Shown piece after piece: positions 23,836 through 37,353 of a DNA stretch of 64,000 nucleotides. This DNA comes from Octopus sinensis. Taxonomy: Eukaryota. The position numbers and the translations under genes are program-made. Where the stretch lies: the NCBI RefSeq assembly GCF_006345805.1, contig NC_043011.1:58912464-58976463 (forward strand). Direction: 5' to 3'. How positions within the stretch are numbered: position 1 is the stretch's first letter; the number at the start of each line of letters is the position of its first letter. Below the pieces are notes generated by a model that made no database searches, had not been told where the DNA came from, and saw only the letters and a program-made list of their open reading frames with translations.

Positions 23836-26800
23836 CATATATATACGTATGTGTGTGTGTCTCTGCCTGTGTGAGGGTGTGAGTGTGTGTGCGCGTGTGA
23901 ATAAATCTGAAGCGCCATCTATCGTATCGAAGTTTCACATTCAAGTAGCTTTTAGTTTGTTTTGATTTCTTGAAACCTTCGAACCAGCAGAACCGGGAAT
24001 GCATAGTGTTAATGGAGTAGATGGGTTACAAAACTTAGTGTTAATGAATAAACTGTGGCACCCCCAGGGAAATACAATCCCTGAAAGTTGAATATGGAAG
24101 GCATATTTGGATATTAAACTTGATTTACTGGTTTTAAGAAAGTATGCCATTGTAATTGAAAGCTTACGATAGGATGCCTAAAGTATATGGTGACGCTGGA
24201 AACAACCCGAGATTTATATTATTTAATTAATAAGACCATGTGTGTTTGCAGCACGATCAAATTTAAAGTAATATCAGCAATTACGAACCATTTAAAATGA
24301 ATGGGAATGAACTCAAACCTTGTCGTATGATTGTATTACGATAACATACACCTCTGGGCAAACAGATGCAAATCTCATACAGCTTTTCGTTTTAGAGTGA
24401 AAGAGTTGCAAGGGATTATGGGAAATAAACTAGAATGTAAGTAACTCTTGATTTTCAACAAGACATTTTCTAAATTTTATTTTTATTTTCAGAAATAGCA
24501 TGAAATTTATTCTAGCAAAATTTATTCGGCTGTACGTTTCGGTAGGATGAGGTATTTTAGTTAGTTTTTCAGTAAGGTTTATACAATTTCCTTCTGGTTC
24601 TTCCATTACAGACATTTTAGTCAGCATATCAATTACAACGTTCTAATATTCCTCTAGTTTCAATCGGTTTGCGAAACCTTTCATCAGGTTTCAACCATTA
24701 ATTGCATTGAATATCTTTGATGGTTTCGAAACAGAATAAATTTGGAATTATTTACATTTTTCCATTCATTTATAGCATAATTATAGCATGATAAGTTATT
24801 TCACGAGATTTAGTTTAGTATTTATAATCCTTTTTTTTTACAGAATTTTTATTCTAGTGTCTACATCAAGAACTATCTATATTTTTACCTTTAAAATTAT
24901 TTCCATTTTTGTGTGAGATAATATTTACGGCAAGTGTGTAATGCCGAGGTTGTCATTAACTTGCCTCCAAAATTCAAAGCTATTTCGTTTTATGTTGGCG
25001 TTTATTAAAAACTGGTGACGTGATTGAAAACATGAATTACATTCCATAATTTAATACTGCATGTTAATGGAGGGATTGACCAAAGAAAAAAACATACTTC
25101 AAGGACTTCAAGTATGTTATAATTCACCTGTGGGTAACATCACAGAAATGATTTGTTCTAATCGATCCAGCTGACAATTAGTAACAGGAAATTGTATTTT
25201 GTCAACAAGAAGTTCAATTTTGCCTCGTGAACGTTGCCAAAAGCTTAATACTACGTTTTAAAGACGGGAAGTGTTTTGTAGAATTCGATAACTCGGGTGC
25301 GATCGTCTAAAGTTCTCTTCCCTAATAGGATATTCTTTGAAGATAAGAAAATAGCGTCACATAATAATCGGAATACTGAAAGTTCGTTTGAAATATAACA
25401 GATGCTAAGGTTAACGAAGGAATACCAAACGATTAATTTCAACCCTGAATATTATTATCCATATATATGCACAAAAGAGCGCGCGCACACACATACAAAC
25501 ACAAACACACACGCATACGTACAAACACACGTACTCACACACAGACAGATATGGTGCAAAATTATTTTAAAATCCCGGAGATGGCGTAAACTTCAAACAC
25601 AATGTATTAGGTTTATACGGTCACTGCATATGCATACACACACATGCACACACGTACATGCACGTGCATTAGTGTATTATGCATTCATGTATGTAGATGT
25701 GTCTATATACAAATAAAGATTAAAATTGAACGAAATGATGCTATAAAAAATAATATCTAATTATTGAGTTTAAAAAAATATTAGATGGAAAATGTTCACG
25801 TTTTCTATCCAAAGGGTAATTTATAACACAATATTACAACCCATTTCACGGCGAAATCCCGTGAAATAAGTGTTCCATAAAAATCAATGCTGACCAACCG
25901 AATACGCTTGATTTTCACGCCAATTCTGTATCTTTTTTAAAAGAAACTTTGCACTGAATGTGTATGTGTATGTGTATGAGTGTTCGCATGTGTTCGAGTG
26001 TGTGTTGTGTGGGTGTATGTGCATTTGTGCGTGTTTGTGGATACCACAATAACGATGGACTACTAAATTCACTCACAATGCACTGATCATTCTACATGTA
26101 TTGTAGAAGACACTTCAGGATTTCGCCGATAAGAACTAAACCCGAAATTACGTGGTTACAATGCGAGAGTCTTAATCAAACAGCCAAACTTGTATTATTT
26201 GACATTACGCTGAAAGCATGTTGCGAATAAGTGCGGTGTGGTTGTCTCGCTTAATTTTCATCTGAGAAACATCGTCTCCTCCTTTGTATTAGTGACACAG
26301 TATCCAATCTTTCCTTAATCTACAAAGGAAAATGCTTAAATTGATCTGGAATTTGCAGACACTTGGTTTTTCCTGTGTGTGTTTGTGTCTCCTTACAATA
26401 GATTCACAAACTGCTTCACTTTTAAAGAGAACAATTGCTTCTATTCCAACTGTCTTATTTACTCAAAATATTTCGTAATTATATTGATTTCTCCAATTTC
26501 AGCAATACGCTATAATTTTCCTTGATGCCACAGTTTCACCAATTTTTTCTTTGTACACACAACATAACATTTACTGAATGAAGTTCCAGAATTCACGGTT
26601 GCTAAAATATTTTATTCCTTCTGTTTATATTTTCTTTCAACATAACACTTTTATATTTTGCCTCCCTTTCTCTCTCAGTTTCAGACACTCCACACATGTG
26701 CGCGTAAAAACAGCAGACAGAATAAATTTATAGTTTGCCAACATGTTCCCCGTTTCTAATACACTCTTAAATCACTCCGAAAATATTTTGTCTTCCATAG

Positions 26801-26872
26801 TGTTGGTCTTCGCAGTACAGTAGAGCTTCGGCTTGTTAAGCAGGTATAAAGCATTGCGGTGTTATATTTAAA

Positions 26873-27093
26873 TACGAAGTGGTGACAAAAGGTCCCTGGC
26901 TTTAAGAGCGTCGCGAAAGAACTGGCTGGGGACCCAATCTTCCGAGTTCTTTCAAAACGCGTAGAAAAACTGAAAGGACCGCTACAATAAGTGTTAATCT
27001 GAGGGAGGAATACGTTAAACCAAATCGCAGTTGACTGATTCTCCTGCAGTTTCTTTTACACTCAGCCACGGACTTTTCAACACCCACCTCCTA
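26873..27093. mobile_element. Degenerate Tc1/mariner-derived MITE
   Basis: Imperfect TIRs tacgaagtggtgacaaaaggtccctggct versus reverse complement taggaggtgggtgttgaaaagtccgtggct; TA at both ends. Confidence 0.6.
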
Positions 27094-29275
27094 TGTATAT
27101 CATACATCTTTTTGTATGCGCCCATGCGTGTATGTGCACAATATGTCTTCATCATTCATGGTTTTATAGTAGCAAAAGATGGAATCGATGGCGAGAAAAA
27201 TAAAAAATAAAAAAATTCTTTTCGAGTAAATTCTTTCTCTGTATTTTTCCATTGAAATATAACATGAAATGGTTGTTGCTCTATTAACAATACGTCCCTT
27301 CGACGTTCTTGATAATTTTGTTTACTTTGAGTGTGTTCTAAATATTTATATATAAGCTTGTGCTGTGTGGTCTGTGTGGTCCCTAAATGGTCCAGGATAC
27401 TATCCTGGCGAACTGGTCAGTTCACTTCTTAATTCTAACACCTCTATGATCAGGTTTGCTGGTCAAAATTCAGTGGAATGGACAAAATGAAGCAGAAACC
27501 AAGTACGTACTCGTGGAGGCATCGTAGATCAACGACAACCCGCCAATACTTATATTTGTGCATTAAATAGAAATTATTTTGGTCGTACTAGTCTTATTGA
27601 ATTTTACCATCCAAATTTGTGTTTTCACGGAATATCTGCACGATATTATTATTTTGGGGTTTGTACAAGTGCATGTGTGTCGGGTGGGGATGCACATACG
27701 CATGGTTTTGATTTCCTTTAAGTGGTATTAATGTTAGATTATCTTCATTCAACTCTGTCGACAGGTGCCGAAGGGTTAAGAGATTTGAATTCTTCCATGT
27801 TGTTATGTGACGAAATTGTATTATGTCTGCGAAATGTGTAAAATACACTAAAACACGATACATACATTAATATTCTACAATAATCCCAACTGATTTAATA
27901 ATAGCCACAACAACAGACTTCACAACACAGCATAAGAATAGTGGCCAGAACCATGCAGAAGTAACATAAATCAACAGAACCTGGACGGGCCAACGAAGTC
28001 TGTGAGAAATAGCAACCCAGACAAACATACGATGCTGCCTCAAAAAACTGCAAGTATATAATGAGTAGTGTTGTCCTCTAGACGCATCTTCTTAGGAAAA
28101 TGAGTTTCTCCTACCTGCTGAACTTTTCAGTGGAGGAATATCTTGGTGCCAGAACACAACACCCAAAACACACAAAAATAATGACGGCAATAGAGCGAAG
28201 GGGTGTCAACCACTGACAAACTGGCTCGGCTAAGGAGAAATATGAAAACACATTCCTTCATATTGCACGCGTTTATCTTAAAATAAAAGTACAAGACATC
28301 GCGGCCACGGCAGTGCTACGATCCATAGTTTGGTCATTTTAATAATAACGTAGACCCGAAGATGAAAAAACGTCAAAAAATATACAAGAACAAGCACAAA
28401 GACAGTGACGGAGATGGCGGCAACAGATATGGCGGCGACAAAGGCGATAACAGCAAAAATAGTGCTGAAGATACTGCGGGCCTACGGAGAATCTGTTCTC
28501 ACAACCTACCGTACTAACCCCACAACGGAATGCGCTTTGAGATAATGTCCTAGATATGTGATAGCCCAAACAAAAACTAGATAATTAGTTGGTTAGACAT
28601 ACTTGATCAGAGGTAGAGACACGCTGGAAATGAATAACTACAACAACAACATCAACAGACGCAGATAACGAGGATAGCAATAACAATCCAGATGAAAAGA
28701 GCAATGAAATTATCATTTTCATACGACGAATGAATTAGAAATTATAATAAAGAAGACCAACACAAGAATTGCAGAAATTCTTCCGTTTGGGTGATTCGCT
28801 GTTAAATTAGAATATTGATTAGAGCTTGTAAAGAAGGGATTCGGAGACTACACTTCGGGAGAAATATATTGAAATATCATTAAGCAGTATATTCCAGCTG
28901 TTTGAAGTTGCAGATCGATGCGAGGAAAGGATTAGCACTTGCTTAATACTCCTGTCCGCCCACGACATTCGGAATTGTATTTTTCCCGTTGTGCAGACAC
29001 CTTTATTACTTATGATCTGGTACACACACTCACGGACATATATTCGTTCTTTTATATATATATATGTGTGTGTATATGTGTGTGTGTATGTGCGCGCGCG
29101 AACGCGTGTATGTGTGCGTTTGTGAATGCGTATGTATGTGCTTGAGTGTACTTGTGTGTATATGTGTTTATGTGCGAGTGTATGTAAGTAAATGTATGTG
29201 TGTAAATAAATATTGTACACGTATATATATATATATGTATATATATATATAAATACACACCCGCACACACACACG

Positions 29276-29309
<34 letters not shown>

Positions 29310-29619
29310 CATATACATACATGTATATGAATGTGTCTATGTATATAGGAATACAATCTTATGTATATTTAAATATCTATTTCTATATATATATATATAT
29401 ACACGAACAAGCATAAGCACACATACATACATGCACGCACACATACATACACGCACACATACAAGCACACACGCGCACCCGAGCACACATACACACTCAC
29501 ATACAGAATCACGCGCACACATCCGTCTGGCTACGTGAGATTCATTGATTAAAGAAAATGAGAAAGATCGAGATCAAAATAACTAGGTGGCAAGTGTTTA
29601 ATCTTGTCTCCGCCGACGT

Positions 29620-29623
29620 AGTA

Positions 29624-29673
<50 letters not shown>

Positions 29674-30225
29674 TGTTGTTGTTGCTGTTGTAGATGTTGT
29701 GGATGTTGTCGATGATGGTGCCTGTAATGTCCATTCATTTTGACATTACGGGGAATGTTTAATGCTGTAAGTATGTGGTTGGTATTGCTGTTGACTGATA
29801 GATAGCAAGGGAGAGCACGAGGTCCCTGAATGGCGATGGCGATGAGGATGATGTTGACGATGGTGATGATGATGATGATGATCAGTAAGGAGAAGGAGGA
29901 GGAAGGAGAAGAGAAAGGAGGGAAGGGATTGGCGGGGAGAGGAGAGAGAGAGAGAGTATTATATTGGAGATGAGAATGGCAATGATGTGGACGACGACGA
30001 CGATGATGATGATGATGATGACTATGACAACGATAATGACGACGAATCCGATCACAACGATGACGACGATGATGATGATGATGACATTTTGGTGTTAGTG
30101 TTGGTGATGGTGTTGAATTTGATGATGATGAGGACTATGATGAAGGTGATGATGATGAAGATGATGTCGATGGTGGTGGCGGTTGCGGTGGTCGTAGTGG
30201 TGTTGATGGTAGTGATACAGTGATA
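29620..30225. repeat. Degenerate trinucleotide/low-complexity region (GTA, GAT, GAC, GTG, GGA)
   Basis: Read directly; gives poly-V and poly-D ORFs. Confidence 0.9.
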
Positions 30226-30764
30226 GCATAGAATAAACAGTGAAGAATTAGAGAGACTAGTGGTGGTATCGTAGTTATTCTAGGGATGCTACTTGTGACA
30301 CTAGTGATGTAGCAAGGATGAAGATGGTAGCTACGGTGGCGCTGGTCATGATGGTCATTATAATAATGACCATTACAATAACCAGTTTCAGCCCCGTCAC
30401 GTAGCTTCCGGCAAGAATTCAGAGTTTTAGTATTAAAATACTTTGTCCATTTAACATGATTCATGTATAACAAAATTTATTGAATTTAAATTCAAAGGAT
30501 ATTTGAAAGAATTCGAAAATTATTAACTTTACCACTATTTTCATTTTCAGAATAGATATATATATATAGGATGATTTTAAATTAAATTATTGAAAATTGA
30601 AAGTAATAAATGTCTTTTAATATTGTTCAATAAAATGCTCTTCCTACTATATTTACATGCTTTTAGCTGATATCTCCAACTACGTAGCTAGTCAAATTTT
30701 CTGTACTTATCGTTATGGTGTGTCACTCTCAATATGCAGTTCAGTTTTCTTTGATAATCGTGTT

Positions 30765-30894
30765 TAGATGTTAAGAGCTTACTTCCCAACTACAGGGTTC
30801 CGGGTACTGCCGTACTGCGTGGCAGCTTGGTATTGGTAGAGCGTTTTCTACTATTAACTTAGACGTCTTGAAGCTTTGTAGTCCATCGTGTGTG

Positions 30895-30933
<39 letters not shown>

Positions 30934-31098
30934 TATATATACACACTAAATATATATGTTTTTTATTATTATTTTGCAATTTATTTAATCATCGGTATAT
31001 TACTGTTATTTTGATTTTAATATTTCTATTATATGTAATTTTCTAGATGGTGTAATTTAATTGTCCATTTTGAATTGATAAAATGTGTGTTTTTCTAA

Positions 31099-31190
<92 letters not shown>

Positions 31191-31306
31191 TTTGTGAAAT
31201 TTGATTTAGTATTTCTAAATTGAATTTTTCCCTGTAAGTTAGGAATAATATTCCCTCAAATAATAATAATTATATACACACACACACATACACACACACA
31301 CACATA

Positions 31307-31383
<77 letters not shown>

Positions 31384-32110
31384 TTTATAGGTTTCAAAGA
31401 AAGAGTGCACTTGATATAAATAGGGGGAAAGTAAATAGAAACAAAGAAAATGCCCGCTAGGTATAAATGTAATGTCTTTTGTTTCATACAAACAAAGATG
31501 TCTACATACAAATAAATGATTTGAGGTGGAATTAAGAAGTATAAAAATCTTTATCATGAGTCAATATAGAAAGTCATACGGGTTACTTCTTCGATGTTCA
31601 CTGACATTGAATTGAAGATTGATTCAAAGTTATTAACTCAAAGTCAATTAACAGCTATGAAGAAACCGGTATGACTTTCTATACTGACTCATGATAATGA
31701 TATTTATAATTCTTAGTTCCACCTCAAATTATTTATTTGTATGTGTACATCTTCGTTTTTTTTTATTAAAAAAGCCATTGATTTTATACCTAGTTTGCAA
31801 TTTCTTTGTTTATTTTTAATTTCCCCTGTATGTATACATACATACTTATATATTTATATATATGCATCTGTATATATCTGTGTGTGTGTCTTTGTGTCTG
31901 TGGTTGTGTGTTTGTTCCCAACCACCGCTTGACAACCGGCGCTGGTTTCTGCATGTTCCCGTAACAGCGGTTCGGCCCAAACGCTCATTAAATTAACAAC
32001 CACGCCTTGAAATAAAAAAAAGCACTGGGGGTTGATTCATTCAGTTGAAATTCTCGAAGGCGGTGCTCCAGTTTGGTCTGAGGCTAATCACTGAAATTAG
32101 TAAAAGAATA
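30765..32110 (+). mobile_element. Old SINE family B split into a head (30765-30890) and a tail (31880-32110) by ~1 kb of inserted DNA
   Basis: Head gcttacttcccaactacagggttccggg...ctgcgtggcagcttgg; tail ccaccgcttgacaaccgg...gaaggcggtgctccag...ctgaaattagtaaaagaata. Confidence 0.6.
31415..31835. repeat. Diverged fold-back: ~180-bp inverted arms (31415-31592 and 31659-31835), ~66-bp spacer
   Basis: For example tatcatgagtcaatatagaaagtcatac versus gtatgactttctatactgactcatgata, and catacaaataaatgatttgaggtggaattaagaa versus ttcttagttccacctcaaattatttatttgtatg. Confidence 0.85.
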
Positions 32111-33169
32111 TTAGAATAAAGGAATAAGTGCTGATTAGCTGTATCAGTTTCATCTGTATCAAGCATCATCTGCTCTAGCCCTAGTGTAACCCATGTATGA
32201 TGGTGTGCGAATTTTTAAAAGGCAACTATGAGGAATCCCATAATATATGCGTGTGTACGACTGTATGTAATTTTGTCTTTCTTTATTTCTATGTTCACCC
32301 CCACCACTATCACCACCTTCTCAGGTTGACAACAAGTGTTCTTTTTTTGCTTACCTTCTCGTAAGATAACGGCTGGGCAAAAGATTCTGATGTAATATTT
32401 AACCAATATGTATTAGGATTCAATTTTTGCAAATAAATCTTTCATCGAAGTGCTCCAGCATGACCACAACACGATGACTGGATCAAGTAAAAGATGAAAG
32501 TTAAACTATATTAAGTTTGTTTATGCTACCGACTCTGCTGACAACAGCATATGATTACCAAGAGAAATACAATCCGCACCTTATTAACCTTTGTCTTCAA
32601 GTTATATTTACGTCCATATAATATAGGAAAATGCAGGCTTTTATGAGAAATTCCCATAGGAAATATTTTCAGGGAATAATAAAACGGTATCGGACGTTTG
32701 AAAGGAAATCCGGGGAACATTGTTAGCTTTTACTTGCGCAGCTAATCTTATGTTATTTCCTTCATGTAATCTTACTTGCTTCAGTCATTGGATTGCAGCC
32801 ATGATGGGACATCGCATGGACCAGTTCAATCGAGCAGAACGCCTTCATAATTCTTTTCTACTCTAGGCACAAGGCCCGAAATTTTTAGGGAGGGGGCCAG
32901 TCGATTAGATTGACCCCAGTACGCAACTGGTACTTAATTTATGAAGAAAGGCAAAGTCGACCTCGGCTGAATTTGAACTCATAACGTAGCTAGCGTTTCT
33001 GCCATCTTAGTATTGATTCATAATTGCGGTACATGTCCGTTTCATTCCTTTAGTTGAACCGTTTTACTCCGGAGAAATAAACAAATCAAACCCGATTGTC
33101 AAGTATTGATAGAGAATAACAACATCTCAAACGTAAAACACTTACGTATATATTCACGTGAGTATATAT

Positions 33170-33639
33170 ATTTTTACCACCAACAAGGGGCTAAACACAG
33201 AGGGGACAAACAAAGACAAATGGATTACGTAATTTTACATCGACCCCAGTGCGTAACTGGTACTTTATTTATCGACCCCGAAAGGATGAAATGCAAAGTC
33301 GACTTCGGCGGCACTTGAACTCAGAACGTAACGCAGAGGAAATACGGCTACGCATTTCACCCGGCATGCTACCGTTTCTGCCAGCTCACCGCCTTTCACG
33401 TGAGTATATATTTTTTTATTGCCCACAAGGGGCTAAACATAGAGGGGACAAGCAAGGACAGATGAACGGATTAAGTCGATTACATCGACCCCAGTGCGTA
33501 AGTGGTACTTAATTTACCGGCCACGAAATGATGAAAGGCAAAGTAGACCTCGGCAGAATTTGAACCCAGAACGTAACGACAGACGAAATACTCCTAAGCA
33601 TTTCGCCCGGCGTGCAAGCGTTTCTGCCAGCTCCCCGCC
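33170..33639 (-). mobile_element. Two SINE family A copies in tandem (33170-33393 and 33412-33639)
   Basis: Both full length; the first is flanked by the 17-bp repeat TTCACGTGAGTATATAT (33153-33169 and 33395-33411). Confidence 0.9.
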
Positions 33640-33899
33640 TTTAAATTTGAAACGAACTTAGTGTGAGTGTCTATCCTCGTGGACTTTTGGGGTGCACAAA
33701 GCAATCTCTCACTAGCCGTTACTTTAATAATCCAGAATTCTACAAGTCAGAAACAACAAGACGCAGACGTAAAATATACATATAACTACTTTATTCTCTT
33801 TCTTGGTAAACAGTAACAATAAGTGTGTTATCTGATGTCCTTGATTCGGGCGCGCAAGGCTGAACGTTAATAGATTGTAATATTTACAATCTTCAGCCC

Positions 33900-34330
33900 A
33901 AAAACAGAAAGGATTCAAGATGGCGTCGAACAATGGAGACGATGTTGGTCTGCAACAATTTGGTTAAAGGCCTTTTGGTAAGGACTGCTAGAAGCTAGTT
34001 CAGACGGAGAGAATATATGCATGACCGTCGCCGTCAATCGCTGGGTCCCAAGTCACCGAGGACTGGACGCTGGAAGTCAACGTCTTACGACCCCCTTGCC
34101 TCGCTAACTGCTACGTAGGCAATAGGGTCGTGCTACCGGTGGTTCGCGCATGCGCGAGAGGGCCTTCCTTTCTGTGCCTTGGTAAAGGCACCAACACGCG
34201 CGAAATACAAATGGGCGGTGCGCGAGCGCGCGCCGTTGTCGGATCACTACAAATTCATGCAAAAGGCATTGATTTAATGATTGAGCGGGGGGTCTTCAGT
34301 AAACTAAACTTGCCCGAAAGTTCCTACTTG
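33900..34330. promoter_or_regulatory. CpG-rich promoter-like island
   Basis: YY1-type CAAGATGGCG 33916-33925; NRF-1-type palindrome CGCGCATGCGCG 34145-34156; GGGCGG 34213-34218; ACTACA 34246-34251; CpG density visibly far above the window background. Confidence 0.5.
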
Positions 34331-34854
34331 TAAGGGATGATTTTTAATCACTCATTCTACATGCATAAATTCAATAAATTATATTATTTTTTTCTCTTTT
34401 TTCCCCCTCCACAAGCGACATATCGATTGTCTTTAGAAAATAAGAAAAATACTTCGGAGAATTTTCTTTCGAATCTCTGCGCTCTGAGTTCAGTCTCGAG
34501 CAAAGTCAGTTTCTGCTTTCAAGCCTATCGAGATCGATGTAAACATATTTCGATCCCAGGCTGGTTGATTGATAAAAATGAAAGAACTACAGACCGGTAT
34601 CTTACAATTGTTTTTTTTTTTCATCTCTCACCTCTTGAATTCAAATACTAAAGAGGCCTTCCTTCGTTGTGGATATCGATATACTTCGAACAACTGGTAC
34701 CCAAATGGTTTTATGGTCTCTGGTTTCATTCCAAACTATTTAAAAAAAATTATATAACAGGAAACTATTCTTGATGTTAACATGGAACGGTGAAAGTGAT
34801 TGCAGAGAAACCCATGTTTTTGTTACAATATCGATGAGGAGGGTAGAGTGTCGA

Positions 34855-35010
34855 TCCGGCAGAATCGTTAGCGTGGCAGACAAAATGCTTAGCGGCGTTT
34901 CGCCAGTCTTTAACTTCTGTGTTCAAATTCCGCTGACTGACTTTGGCTCTGATAAAATAAGGACCAGTTGAGTGCTGATGTTGATGCAATCAATCTGCCC
35001 CTTCCTCCGA
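34855..35010 (+). mobile_element. Older SINE family A copy
   Basis: ggcagaatcgttagcgtggcagacaaaatgcttagcgg...ttctgtgttcaaattccgctga. Confidence 0.7.
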
Positions 35011-35142
35011 AAATGCTGTCCGTGAGCTAAAATTTGAAACCGATATCAATGGAGAGAAGCGAGAGGAACGTAAAGGTCGGGGGTTTGTATTTACGTATGG
35101 CAATAACGACGACGGCGATGAAATTGAGAAGTGGATGATTGT

Positions 35143-35540
35143 GGCGCAGGAGTGGCTGTGTGATAAGTAGCTTGTTTACCAGCCACATGGTTCCGGGTTC
35201 ACTCCCACTGCGTGGCACCTTGGGCAAGTGTCTTCTACTATAGCCTCGGGCCGACCAAAGCCTTGTGAGTGGATTTGGTAGACGGAAACTGAAAGAAGCC
35301 CGTCGTATATATGTGTATATATATATATATATATATGCGTGTGTGTGTGTGTTTGTCCCCCTAGCATTGCTTGACAACCGATGCTGGTGTGTTTATGTCC
35401 CCGTTACTTAGCGGTTCGGCAAAAGAGACCGATAGAATAAGTACTGGGCTTACAAAAGAATAAGTCTCGGGGTCGAGTTGCTCGATTAAAGGCGGTGCTC
35501 CAGCATGGCCGCAGTCAAATGACTGAAACAAGTAAAAGAG
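35143..35540 (+). mobile_element. SINE family B, full length
   Basis: ggcgcaggagtggctgtgtg...ggttccgggttcactcccactgcgtggcaccttgggcaagtg...ggcggtgctccagcatggccgcagtcaaatgactgaaacaagtaaaagag. Confidence 0.92.
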
Positions 35541-36508
35541 AAAAAGAGGAAAAGAGTTGGTTGTACTTGTTTGATGGAGGATTATATTGACTGATTCATT
35601 TATATAGGGATTGGTAAAGGTAGATAGAATGGCTATGATAAGTCGAAGTGTCGGTGAAGGTGTGATGAAAGTAATAGCAAACATGAAGGTAATTACAATT
35701 ATAAAGGTAATGTTGAAGAGAAGGAGAAAAAGGACATGGAGTGGGGGATAAACAGGACCTCAAAATGGCGGTAAGGTAGTGTTTGCTGTTTCTGTGATGT
35801 TGAGGGTGTTGATACATCGCACTTGCCGCAAAAGTATAGATGTTCCGAAATATGTAATTAAACATAAATGAAATACGAAATAATGATCCGCTAAATAGTA
35901 ATTAAGATATATTAAACTCAATCAAAGTTGCGTCACTAACATGTAAACATACCAATTATATGTAAATGCCTCAGTTTAATATAATTCCAGGAACATCACA
36001 CAAAGAAGTAACAACCTTAAAGAAAAGACACCTAAGCAGAAAAATGCAAGCTATAGAAAATCGAACTGTAATAAATGTAGCCAACATTCCCTCACAGCGA
36101 TTCTTATTGACTTCACTCGCTTAAAATGATTGCATAATGTTTCTCTTGATAGGTTCCTGCATAGCTTTGTGGTGAAGAAACTCAAGTTGCAAACGCCTTA
36201 AGCTTGGGTTCAATCCCACAGCAAGGTAGCTTGGATAAATACCCTCTTCTATCCTGAAGGGTTCTATGCTAATATGTACACAAACAGCTCTTTTGAGTGG
36301 CAAAGTTGAATGTTTCCGGTTTAATTTCGGTTTAGATAATAAAATATATTCTTTTGCCTTTCGAAGTTGATAGTTGTCGCCTGTTTTTGAAAACACACAC
36401 ACATACAAATACATACACATACATACACACACACACATACACACACACACACTCACACACACACACACCCACACATACACACACACACACACATACAGAG
36501 AACATTTA

Positions 36509-36747
36509 TATAGGATGGCCCAAAAGTAGGTTTACGGTTATTCAAGTATCCCTTCCGCATTCATATATAAACAGTTTAGATCTTAATTGTAAAAAAAAAA
36601 TGAAACCATTATTCTATACTAATTTAGTTAATTTAGTCAAGTTCCCATTTCAGTTTGTCACATAGAAATTGAAATGAAATGAAATGTTTTGAAAGAAATA
36701 TAACGTGCCTACCTGATAACTGTAAACCTGGTTTTGGCCAACCTGTA
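36509..36747. mobile_element. Tc1/mariner-type MITE with ~30-bp TIRs and TA duplication
   Basis: TA|taggatggcccaaaagtaggtttacggttattca ... tgataactgtaaacctggttttggccaacctg|TA. Confidence 0.75.
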
Positions 36748-36817
36748 TATATATATATATATATATATATATTCTAGTTACAAATACATTTTTTTAAATT
36801 GACATATTTATAGCTGG

Positions 36818-36863
<46 letters not shown>

Positions 36864-37353
36864 CACACACACATGCAGACACATACGTATATCTCTTATT
36901 ATAAAAGGCATATTTTATCTGCCTCCCTTTGTATCTTATAGAAATCTACAATATAGGATTTCTTCAATTACAATTTACCTAGCATTTTAAAGAGTAGAAT
37001 GCATCGGGTCGTGCCAGGTCCAGTTTTTAAAATTTCAACCCCAATTAAGCAAAATTTAGAGAAAACTAACTTTGTGGTGTCTAAGTCAAATGCTTCTCTT
37101 AGTGTGGCCTACACCACACGCACACGCACACACACAGTGTGCAACGAATAAAGTGAAAGTAATTCACTTTTTGTAGTGAGTGACTCTTTCATTCTGCCAC
37201 TTCCTCTTTACACACATAGACACGCAAATATATAAATAAAATTGTAAGCTAACGTGTGTGTGTGCGTGTGTGTGAGTGTGTGTGTGTGTGTGTGCGTGTG
37301 TGTGTGAGGGTGTGTGTGTGTGTGTGTGTGCGTGTGCGTGAGTGTGTGACAGG

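Noticed and set aside
24640-24695. Minus-strand CTGATGA-aaGGTTTcgcAAACCgatt-GAAACTAG hammerhead-like motif
   Set aside because: The core and a stem II are present but there is no valid stem III/NUH site or stem I; at best a decayed copy
28355-28520. Gly/Asp-rich short ORF (MKKRQKIYKNKHKDSDGDGGNRYGG...)
   Set aside because: About 50 aa, low complexity, no splice or homology support
33858-33898. Imperfect hairpin just upstream of the promoter-like island
   Set aside because: Short and AT-rich with a large bulge; has CTGAAGA on the minus strand but no GAAA, so it is not a hammerhead
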